From an uncultured Clostridia bacterium (GTDB taxonomy: Bacteria; Bacillota; Clostridia; Oscillospirales; CAG-272), in NCBI GenBank assembly GCA_945949385.1, contig CAMFEL010000002.1, positions 1 to 49,017 of the forward strand: DNA of 49,017 bases, read 5' to 3'. Under the pieces are notes generated by a model. It was given only the letters and a program-made list of their open reading frames with translations. It was not told the origin of the DNA and searched no databases. Shown piece after piece: positions 17,197 through 25,049 of this stretch. The translations under genes and the position numbers were made by a program. Position 1 is the first letter of the stretch; the number at the start of each line of letters is the position of its first letter.

Positions 17197-17805
17197 ATGA
17201 AAATTGAAAAAATAAGCGTAATCGGCGATGGATTTGTCAGTTGCCGTTCGGGATTCTATCGTTCGGAAAATATACTGTCCGAACATACGCGGTATAACTT
17301 TACAAAAGGTGTGAACAGGCTGGAGGGAGATATTGACGACGAGAACTGGTCGGTAAGCTATTTATTATCCATGCACAGCATCCGCCCAAAAGATTTTATC
17401 CTTTTCGGAGATGTGAAAGTGGAGATAAACGGCGAGGCGTCAACTCTTGCAGAAATTGAAAAATACACCTGCTATATGGATTCGCTGTATCCCGATTTCG
17501 GGAAGAGGAAAACAGTCAGACAGCTTGTGACGGTTGGACTTAAAAACAACAAAATGACAGAGACAGCCGATAATCTGAGGGAAATGTTCTGTATGTCTAT
17601 GGATCGCTTTGACCGACCCGTGCGGGCTGTGGGAAACGAACGGTATAAGGCTATGGCTGCCATTGGGTACAGCCGCGGAAAGCAGGTATACTGCTTCCCG
17701 TGGCTCAGCAAAAGCAGATTTGATTATTTTCACGGAAATATGACAGGTCTTTTGGAGATTCTTGAGCGGCTTGGCGTTGTCGTAATATTGCCGGTGGGCA
17801 AATGA
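17197..17805 (+). CDS. Degenerate ABC-ATPase-like protein (Walker A, signature and Walker B positions all non-canonical)
   Basis: The overall block order resembles an ABC NBD: GDIDDENWSVSYLLSM at the P-loop position, AVGNERYKAMAAIGYSRGKQVYCFPWL at the LSGGQ...hhhhDEP position, and a terminal GVVVILPV. The catalytic residues are replaced. Confidence 0.55.
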   Translation: MKIEKISVIGDGFVSCRSGFYRSENILSEHTRYNFTKGVNRLEGDIDDENWSVSYLLSMHSIRPKDFILFGDVKVEINGEASTLAEIEKYTCYMDSLYPDFGKRKTVRQLVTVGLKNNKMTETADNLREMFCMSMDRFDRPVRAVGNERYKAMAAIGYSRGKQVYCFPWLSKSRFDYFHGNMTGLLEILERLGVVVILPVGK

Positions 17806-17849
17806 AAAAATGAAAACAGCGGATTTGTATATAGAATTCGGAGGATATA

Positions 17850-18737
17850 ATGGAACATTCAAATATTTTATTGAAAGAAAAAACGAGCCGTAGAGGATAT
17901 TTGAAAAGCATTATCGCGCTTTTGCTTTGCGTAATAATGCTGCTGTCGATCAGCGCTTGCGGTACGGGAAAAACGGATGCTGGCAGTGAGACCGACGGTT
18001 TTACAAACTCCGATTTCAAGGGAATGTATATATGCCGCGGCGAAATATATGAAAAGTTTATAAGCGATTCGGAGGAATACATCCCGTATATCAGCTTTGA
18101 CGGCAACGGAGCCTGTACGGCGCGTATATACTATATAGGCGGTCTTACCTATGTTCCGGGGACATACAGCGTCAGCGGAAATACAATGGCGGTAGATTTT
18201 GACCTTACATATTCGGCGGTTTGGGACCCCAAAGGCGAAATGCAGGAATTGTATATGGGCGAGTCGTATACTTTTTCAGTAACCGATAAAGAGCATATAA
18301 ATATCAAGAACGGATTTTATGCGGTGGATGACGGAGATTTATTTGAAAAGGTTTCCAATGAGCCGCAAAGACTGCCCGAGGAATCGGAATTCAAAAGCTA
18401 TATGGGCATTTATTACTGTCAGTCCGGCAGCTACGCCGACGCGGATATTAAGGATGACACCATGCCTTATGTGTATATCGCAAAGGAAGGACTTTGCTGT
18501 TTGCATATAAATTCTGCCGGCGGGGACTACGGACGCGATATATGGGGCGCATATTCGTTGGAGGACGGAAAAATTCGTATTTCCGAAATGAAGTTCCAAT
18601 ATGAAGAAGACAAGGATCCGGACAGTAACAACATACCGCATGAGTATGTTTTTGAGATTACGGACGAGAACACTCTGACAATTGACAGGGGATTTTACAA
18701 TGCGTCGGCGGGGGATGTGTTCGTAAGAGGGCAGTAA
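17850..18737 (+). CDS. Lipoprotein, unknown function (paralogous signal peptide with 18791)
   Basis: RRGYLKSIIALLLCVIMLLSISACGTGKTDA carries a lipobox. GGAGGA RBS. Confidence 0.7.
   Translation: MEHSNILLKEKTSRRGYLKSIIALLLCVIMLLSISACGTGKTDAGSETDGFTNSDFKGMYICRGEIYEKFISDSEEYIPYISFDGNGACTARIYYIGGLTYVPGTYSVSGNTMAVDFDLTYSAVWDPKGEMQELYMGESYTFSVTDKEHINIKNGFYAVDDGDLFEKVSNEPQRLPEESEFKSYMGIYYCQSGSYADADIKDDTMPYVYIAKEGLCCLHINSAGGDYGRDIWGAYSLEDGKIRISEMKFQYEEDKDPDSNNIPHEYVFEITDENTLTIDRGFYNASAGDVFVRGQ
17895..17982 (+). repeat. 88-bp repeat copy A (signal-peptide coding segment)
   Basis: Identical to 18836-18923 apart from 2 mismatches by my reading (GATCAG vs GGTCTG). Confidence 0.8.
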
Positions 18738-18790
18738 AGGAGCACGGCGCGGTTTGACAGTTTTTGAAACAATATTAACGGAGGAGTAAA

Positions 18791-19828
18791 ATGAAGAACG
18801 CAAAAGATTTTTCGGCAGGAGCACCGACGCGAGACGGATATTTGAAAAGCATTATCGCGCTTTTGCTTTGCGTAATAATGCTGCTGTCGGTCTGCGCTTG
18901 CGGTACGGGAAAAACGGATGCTGACGCTGAGACAACAAATGCAGTCACTTCGGACACAGCGAAGTCCGACGGCACGGAGACTGCCGATTACATAAGCGAA
19001 AATGAAGTCGGGAAAAAGGTAAGCTCCGAAAACCTGCTTTGCATTGTTTCAAAATATATGACATCTATGCTGAGTGACATCAGCGATGAGGCTGAAGTCC
19101 CGTTTGAAAGCGTTTTCAGATATTTTAAGTTTAACGGCTGTTATGATTCGGTAAACGGCGGCGTGAGAGAAGAAATGAAGCAATACTTCAGCGAAACGGA
19201 CATGACTTTTACCGTGCCGTCTTATATCGCCGACAAATATCTGTGCGACCGCTTTAACACTGTTGCCGATCACACGGTTGACGAATACGACAGCGAAAAG
19301 GACGCCTATGTGTTCAAAACTGTAACGGGCGGGCCTTCGTATATTTATGATTTGCTTGGGTATGATTTTGATTATGCAAACGATTTGTACACATTGGATG
19401 TGTCGTGTAGTATATCGCTTGATACCGAATATTTAAGGACTCCCCAAAGACTGGTGTTTCAAATATGGTTTAAGGACGGAGCATACAGATTTGTTTCCGT
19501 CAGACACGCAAAAACGGTTGTGATTTCAGCCGACGGCGGCAAGGTGCTTTCCGACCGGTACGGGCGTATTGAGGTAGGTGAATACGGGGAAGCAAATGCA
19601 TATAAGCATTGGTGGCTGATGGCTGCGGATACCGAAGGAGAGTACACCCTGCATCCCGCTGTTGACGGCGAAAAAGCGCTGTGCATCATTGACGGTACTC
19701 TTGTTATCAAAGAGAAAGAGAACTGGCACGACAGCGCGCAGACGGCGGAGTTCGCGTACGTCTTGAGACGGCAGATGACGGCACGGTCAGCCTGCGTATT
19801 ACCGACGGAGAGAAAGATTTGTATATAG
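18791..19828 (+). CDS. Lipoprotein, unknown function; the 3' end is probably frameshifted
   Basis: DGYLKSIIALLLCVIMLLSVCACGTGKTDA carries a lipobox. GGAGGAG RBS. The last ~30 codons (RRQMTARSACVLPTERKICI) look non-native, while a protein-like frame continues to 19959. Confidence 0.65.
   Translation: MKNAKDFSAGAPTRDGYLKSIIALLLCVIMLLSVCACGTGKTDADAETTNAVTSDTAKSDGTETADYISENEVGKKVSSENLLCIVSKYMTSMLSDISDEAEVPFESVFRYFKFNGCYDSVNGGVREEMKQYFSETDMTFTVPSYIADKYLCDRFNTVADHTVDEYDSEKDAYVFKTVTGGPSYIYDLLGYDFDYANDLYTLDVSCSISLDTEYLRTPQRLVFQIWFKDGAYRFVSVRHAKTVVISADGGKVLSDRYGRIEVGEYGEANAYKHWWLMAADTEGEYTLHPAVDGEKALCIIDGTLVIKEKENWHDSAQTAEFAYVLRRQMTARSACVLPTERKICI
18836..18923 (+). repeat. 88-bp repeat copy B
   Basis: See 17895-17982. 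Confidence 0.8.
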
Positions 19829-19959
19829 ACCCGCGGGCGGACTCTTTGCTCAGCGACAAGCCATACGGGTGGAAGCTTGAAGAAGTTCTCGAAAAGACCG
19901 ATGGAAACGGCAATACTGTTGTTGAACGTGTTCCGATAACATCATATGAGGAGTATTAA
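19693..19959 (+). pseudogene. Out-of-frame continuation of the 18791 lipoprotein gene
   Basis: The alternative frame reads ...GGVRVRLETADDGTVSLRITDGEKDLYIDPRADSLLSDKPYGWKLEEVLEKTDGNGNTVVERVPITSYEEY* with the stop at 19957-19959. It has no start codon of its own. Confidence 0.4.
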
Positions 19960-20075
19960 AATATAAATAAGATAAAAGAAAAAATAGGTCATTTGGGAAT
20001 TTCTAGCCAAGGATATTTTATGGACAAAATAGATTGTTTTTGTTGGATAAGTCAATTTGAATAATTGGAGGAATA

Positions 20076-20615
20076 ATGAAAATGATTATATTAATTAATG
20101 GTCCTTTTGGGGTTGGAAAAACCTCGGTTGCAACTCTTTTAAATGAAAATCTTGAGAATTATATAATTTTTGACCCTGAGGAAATCGGTAGTATGCTTCG
20201 TAATATTGTTACAGAGGACATACAGTATCAGAAGGAAAAAACCGATGATTTTCAAGACATTATATTATGGAAAGAATTAACTGTACTAATTGCAGCAAAG
20301 TTGATGGCTACATATAATACAAATCTAATTATACCTATGACTATTTATAAATTGGAGTATTTTAATTATATTATTTCAGAGCTAAAAAAAATAGATTCTC
20401 AAGTTTATCATTTTTGTTTGCTGGCACAAAGACAGACAATTGCAGATAGATTGTTAGAACGAGGGGAAAAGATCGGATCTTGGCCTTTCAAACAAATTGA
20501 CAAATGCTTATATTCTTTTGAACACAACTTTGAAATGTTTGGACAGATAATTTTTACTGATTGTTTATCTGTAAAAGAGATTACATCTGCTATTCTAAAC
20601 ACTGTTTTAGAATAG
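20076..20615 (+). CDS. tmrB: TmrB-like ATP-binding protein (tunicamycin-resistance family P-loop NTPase)
   Basis: INGPFGVGKTS, FDPEEIG, IIPMTI...EYFN.II, HFCLLA, SWPFKQIDKC and FTDCLSV parallel the Bacillus subtilis TmrB blocks as I recall them. GGAGGA RBS. The gene is strongly AT-rich. Confidence 0.7.
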   Translation: MKMIILINGPFGVGKTSVATLLNENLENYIIFDPEEIGSMLRNIVTEDIQYQKEKTDDFQDIILWKELTVLIAAKLMATYNTNLIIPMTIYKLEYFNYIISELKKIDSQVYHFCLLAQRQTIADRLLERGEKIGSWPFKQIDKCLYSFEHNFEMFGQIIFTDCLSVKEITSAILNTVLE

Positions 20616-21119
20616 AAATTACAATAATAAGAGGCGCGTTTCAAACATTATACATTTATTTTTGGGGAGATTTTAAAATGGTTTTATTGTGGTGTATTAT
20701 AACATAATTTGAGAGGATTTAACTTGAACGAGATTGATTATTATTATTATTATTTAGCAAACATGAATCTCAACAGATTTCCTGGGATAAAAGATAACGA
20801 TATTTTCTTTTTGAAACCTAGCATTTCTAGTGGAGTAAATTGGCTTGATCCTCCACAATTGAAGCTTCGGTGCGGTTGGGGATGTCCGGTCAACCAAACA
20901 AATGCCGTGGTGCGACCGCTTGTTAAAGCTTGATACCGACGCGATAATGACTGTGAAAATGACATACCGCTATGATAAAGACAAAATTGGTTATATTCTG
21001 TGCGGTGCAGAGGCTTAGGATGAATATGCCGGTTGAAAAAGCACGGTTCAAAAGCATACATTAAGTTGATTTTTCGCACGGCGGGCTGTATAATAGCAGC
21101 AGGAAAGGAGCGGCATTAT

Positions 21120-21950
21120 ATGAAAAAAGTAATTGTACTGATCGCTGCGCTGCTTATGACGGCGGCGCTGCTTGCAGGCTGCGGATTTGTTGTTGTAAAA
21201 AACGGATACGGTGAAAATTCTGCCGATATACCGCCGAAAGGCGATACTACGGAGGAAAGCTCGCAGACTTCCCATGAGTCGACGGGTACAGCCGACGGAG
21301 AAGCGTATGAAGAATACGAGGAAATTCTGGAGGATTACGGAAGAATCGTGGATTTCCGGCTTTCCTCATCATATAAGGACGATACGGACAACGGAAAGTA
21401 TCCCGATCTTGAATCTGATTTGGAAGATTATATGAGTGACGAAGATATACACGGGGTGCGGGAAGCGAAGCTTCAGTACAGGTGGTCCTGTATGCTTGCC
21501 GATATGACTGCCGACATGAAAAATCCGTCGCGGGACTCCTTCGGCTATATTTTCAAGGATCTTGACGGCGACGGTACGCAGGAGCTTTTATGGGTAAGCT
21601 CGGATTATAATACGGTGTTTGCGGTGTTTGCCGTTTATGACGGTGACGCGGAGCTTATTGACGCTTACTGGCCGAGATACAGCGGCGTCGTTACCGACGG
21701 CGGCGAGCTGTATACACTGAGCAGCAGCGGCGCGGACACCTTTGAATATGCCGTGTCAAGGCTTGATAAAGACAAGGAAAATCCTCTCAAATCCGCAAAA
21801 AGATTCGGCTGTCAGTCCGGACAGTATTATGCGGATATTGACGGCACCGCTGTAAGTATCAGTGAGGAGGACTTTCAAAAGCTTCTCTCGGAAAACCCCT
21901 TTGAATTCGGTCAAAGCTGGAAAGAAAATAAAATGTATTTGCTTAAATGA
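21120..21950 (+). CDS. Lipoprotein, unknown function
   Basis: MKKVIVLIAALLMTAALLAGC lipobox. GGAAAGGAG RBS before ATG 21120; the ORF track starts at 21033. Confidence 0.7.
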   Translation: MKKVIVLIAALLMTAALLAGCGFVVVKNGYGENSADIPPKGDTTEESSQTSHESTGTADGEAYEEYEEILEDYGRIVDFRLSSSYKDDTDNGKYPDLESDLEDYMSDEDIHGVREAKLQYRWSCMLADMTADMKNPSRDSFGYIFKDLDGDGTQELLWVSSDYNTVFAVFAVYDGDAELIDAYWPRYSGVVTDGGELYTLSSSGADTFEYAVSRLDKDKENPLKSAKRFGCQSGQYYADIDGTAVSISEEDFQKLLSENPFEFGQSWKENKMYLLK

Positions 21951-22041
21951 TCCGAATACAGATACGGATCTGCATATCAAAACAGCAGCAGGCGGGAGCC
22001 TGCTGCTGTTTTGTGTGTAACCGCCTTGGCGGGAAAACGCA

Positions 22042-22611
22042 TTATTTCAGCATATTTTCTATTATTTCAAGCTGCTTTTTTGTTTCTTGTGCCGTCATGG
22101 GGATAAGGGCGTTGTGCTTTGCCAAGCCTTCCAAAAGGCATATTATATGCAGCGCCGCAGCACGGCAGTTTTCGCAGGAATATGCGCCCTGCTCACAGCC
22201 CAGCCGTATCATTTCGGCAACGATGTCGACAGAGTTTTCTGCGCGCTTTACTATCAGCGCGTGACACTCGGGACAGCTTGCGGCAAATTCGTTTACGGCG
22301 TTGTCTATATACTCCTTCGGGTTGAAAAGATGCTTTATCCTGCTTCTGAGAAAAGCATTCAGCATCAATGCCCCGGGAATGCCGTTTTTCATGGCTTTGT
22401 CAAGCGCCGAAAAAGCGTTATTTTGCTCGGTTTCTATAAGACGGGTGAAAATCTCCTTTGTGGAGGAAAAATGCCGGTACAGCCCGCCGCGGGACAGCCC
22501 GCACTGGATGCGGATATCCTCCATGGCAACTGCCGCATACCCTTTTTCTGCAAAAAGAGCGCGTGCGGTGTCCAGTATTTTCAGACGGGTAAGATCGCCT
22601 CTTGTGCTCAT
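22042..22611 (-). CDS. TetR/AcrR family transcriptional regulator
   Basis: N-terminal HTH ILDTARALFAEKGYAAVAMEDIRIQCGLSRGGLYRHFSS. It lies downstream of, and is likely co-transcribed with, the MFS gene. Confidence 0.85.
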   Translation of the reverse strand: MSTRGDLTRLKILDTARALFAEKGYAAVAMEDIRIQCGLSRGGLYRHFSSTKEIFTRLIETEQNNAFSALDKAMKNGIPGALMLNAFLRSRIKHLFNPKEYIDNAVNEFAASCPECHALIVKRAENSVDIVAEMIRLGCEQGAYSCENCRAAALHIICLLEGLAKHNALIPMTAQETKKQLEIIENMLK

Positions 22612-22638
22612 ATAACCACCTCTGCGGTTATTATAGCA

Positions 22639-24078
22639 TTATTTTTCCTCTTTTTCAACGGGTTTTACGCCGAGAGACTCTCTGACCACCTCTTCCGAGT
22701 AGTGAGAGGGCATTTTGAAGCAGGCGAAAAAGCCCACGATACACATAATGCAGACGATGACGGGCACGCAGAACACGCCCACCTTCCAGGTCTCGCCCTC
22801 GATGACGACACCGTCAATAACCTTCTGCACCTGAACATTCTTTATGTATTCATAAACAAGGCCGGTGGAAACTGCTGCGACCGCAGAGGTGGCAAGTGAC
22901 TGAACCGCGAAGTACATAGCTGTGTGATCCTTGCCGGTGACCTTGAATTCCATAGCGGCGATCTGCGACGGGATCATATAAGGCGTTGCAAAGAACGCGC
23001 CTATGGCGAAGCTGCCCAGCGTTCCGCCCGCACAGCCGATGATTATTCTAATGGTTTCGTTGTGGGGGAAGAAGTATTCGCTGCCTACGCAGAAATTAAG
23101 TATGGCAACGGCAAAGGTCAGAAGACACACCTGATAGCTGAAGCGAATGCCTTTTTTGTTTATGAGCTTGTAGTACAAGAACAGCATGAGAGGTACGGGG
23201 GCAAAGGCGCAGGTGTTCATTATTGCCCCGTAGGTTGCACTGAGATTCATAACGCCGGAAATAAGTGTGTTCTGCGCGGAAAGGAACATCTGCAGTCCGA
23301 AGTACGCGCAGGCGTTGGGCAGAAGCCAGCGGAGAAACAGCTTATTTTTGACAGTTGCCTTAAGGCTGTCCGTAAGCTTAACTCTTGCCTCGGGGAGATA
23401 GTCCTTGCCCTCGCCGTACTTTTCGCCCTCTTTGATGATAAACAGGGGGATAAGCATGGTGAGCATAATGGGCGTTGCCAGCATAACCAGCTTTTTGATG
23501 TTTACGCCGCTGCCGATAAACACGGGGATAAGGGCGTATACAAGGCAGTAGCCGATGGTATCGAAAAAGGATTTGAAACTGCCCACTCTGGTGCGCTGCT
23601 TTTCGTCCTTGCAGACGCTGGAAAGGCTGCCGTAAAAGGTAATGAGCGACAGGGTGTAGGAGGTAAAGAACACCAGAAGCATAGCGCACATCCATACGGT
23701 GTTGACCAGGCTGTTTTCGCGCCATACAAGGGGAGTCCATGCAAGCACATAGCTTGCCACCATGGGGATAAAGGCGATGACGATGGCGGGGCGTCTGCGA
23801 CCCCATTTAGTTCTCAGATTGTCCGTAAAGGAGGCGAGAGGGATGTCCACCAGACCGTCAAAAATCTTTCCTACCATCCACAGCACGCCGAAAATGGAGG
23901 GCATAATGAGACAGTAGCCGGAAAGGCTCCAGGTGTCAATGTTGGCGGTAAGTCCCGCAGGGTTCACCGCGTCGGTGAAATAAGCGCCCAGCAGTACCAT
24001 AAGGAGGTTGGGACCGAAACCGCTGGCGGCATAAAGAAATTCTTTCCACTTTTTGTCGAGGGATGCCATAAAATACAT
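22639..24078 (-). CDS. MFS transporter, glycoside-pentoside-hexuronide (GPH/MelB-like) family
   Basis: About 12 predicted TM segments. The GKIFDGLVDIPLASFTDNLRTKWGRRRP motif is typical of GPH symporters. Confidence 0.8.
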   Translation of the reverse strand: MYFMASLDKKWKEFLYAASGFGPNLLMVLLGAYFTDAVNPAGLTANIDTWSLSGYCLIMPSIFGVLWMVGKIFDGLVDIPLASFTDNLRTKWGRRRPAIVIAFIPMVASYVLAWTPLVWRENSLVNTVWMCAMLLVFFTSYTLSLITFYGSLSSVCKDEKQRTRVGSFKSFFDTIGYCLVYALIPVFIGSGVNIKKLVMLATPIMLTMLIPLFIIKEGEKYGEGKDYLPEARVKLTDSLKATVKNKLFLRWLLPNACAYFGLQMFLSAQNTLISGVMNLSATYGAIMNTCAFAPVPLMLFLYYKLINKKGIRFSYQVCLLTFAVAILNFCVGSEYFFPHNETIRIIIGCAGGTLGSFAIGAFFATPYMIPSQIAAMEFKVTGKDHTAMYFAVQSLATSAVAAVSTGLVYEYIKNVQVQKVIDGVVIEGETWKVGVFCVPVIVCIMCIVGFFACFKMPSHYSEEVVRESLGVKPVEKEEK

Positions 24079-24087
24079 TTCCTTTCA

Positions 24088-24143
24088 CTTTTTGCGACAT
24101 ATATGTCGCAAAAAGTATATCACATTTCGACGCAAGATGTCAA
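24088..24143 (-). promoter_or_regulatory. Promoter (TTGACA-18-TATACT with TG) plus a 28-bp perfect palindrome, the likely TetR operator
   Basis: On the minus strand: TTGACA (24138-24143), TGATATACT (-10 at 24114-24119), then CTTTTTGCGACATATATGTCGCAAAAAG (24088-24115), a perfect inverted repeat. Confidence 0.55.
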
Positions 24144-24208
24144 TAAAAATGTTTATATTCAGGAAACAATTTATATTAAATCGGTTTAGAAATAAGCCGA
24201 GGAAGCAA

Positions 24209-24240
24209 AAATCCCCCGTAAGGCTCAGCCTTGCGGGGGA
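24209..24240 (-). terminator. Intrinsic terminator after the 24253-25011 gene
   Basis: Minus strand TCCCCCGCAAGGCtgaGCCTTACGGGGGATTTTT. Confidence 0.6.
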
Positions 24241-24252
24241 ATGTCGGAGATA

Positions 24253-25011
24253 TTACTTAAATGTGCGTTCAAGCGATTCTTCAAAGACTTGTTTTCCGGT
24301 TTTGAAATCTAAGGATTTAAGCGGTTTGTTCCATGAAAAAGGGCTTGACGGATGGGAAGTGTATACAATATCCGTACCAACGGCGGGTTTTGCCGCGTTT
24401 ATGTCTTTATATGCTTTTCCCGCCGATACGGAAACGAAAACAACAAGTCTCGGTTTGATTATATCAATTACTTTGTTCAAAACTTCGGAGGAAGCCGCTG
24501 CGCTTTTGTTCCATACTTCGTATGCAAGAGAAGTGTCGCCCAAAAGTTTTGCCGATTTTACAAGAGAGTTCCAATACTTCATTTTGCTGTAAAGCGCAGG
24601 CATTTGGAAAAAGTTCATGAACGCAAAGCAGTCAATAAGCTGTTTTTTATCAAGGGTTATGCGGTGTATTTCTTCTCCCAGTACTGCCTTTGAAAAAGAC
24701 TTGATTGTGTTTGTAAAAATACCGTACTTGCCGCCTTTGTCTCCGCTTTTGTAGTTTTCAACCACCTGTCTTGTGTTGAACCAGCCCTCGCTTCCCATGC
24801 TTACCTTTGGGCACGGCTCATCCCACCAGAGGTCAAAATCCTTCAGCGTAACTTTTGAAGAGTGTGCGCTTTGATTTATGTAGTGACTCTCGCCTACAAT
24901 GAGAATACGGTATTTTTCGTAGTCTTTCCCGATAAACGGCAGATATTCCGGATGTATGCGGTAATGATGAATGTCATTCAGAGCGTTTTCCGTAACGGTT
25001 GCTGCAGCCAT
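24253..25011 (-). CDS. Hypothetical protein with a uracil-DNA-glycosylase-superfamily-like motif pattern
   Basis: AGGAGG RBS. Only 38 nt separate it from the upstream collagen-like gene. ILIVGESHY (motif-A-like), FMNFFQ (Asn strand) and YTSHPSSPFSW (HPS motif-B-like) occur in UDG-like order and spacing. Confidence 0.6.
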   Translation of the reverse strand: MAAATVTENALNDIHHYRIHPEYLPFIGKDYEKYRILIVGESHYINQSAHSSKVTLKDFDLWWDEPCPKVSMGSEGWFNTRQVVENYKSGDKGGKYGIFTNTIKSFSKAVLGEEIHRITLDKKQLIDCFAFMNFFQMPALYSKMKYWNSLVKSAKLLGDTSLAYEVWNKSAAASSEVLNKVIDIIKPRLVVFVSVSAGKAYKDINAAKPAVGTDIVYTSHPSSPFSWNKPLKSLDFKTGKQVFEESLERTFK

Positions 25012-25049
25012 TTTGTACCTCCTGTGTTATAATATACGATACATTATAT

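Noticed and set aside
20616-21119. ORFs 20709-20933 (+) and 20750-21079 (-) in the AT-rich islet
   Set aside because: The two ORFs overlap each other on opposite strands. They have no RBS or recognisable motifs, and the start of the first is TTG in the ORF track. They are probably decayed remnants.
22087-24189. 270-aa and 421-aa plus-strand ORFs
   Set aside because: They are antisense to the TetR and MFS genes, which have clear family motifs. Neither shows a motif or an RBS.
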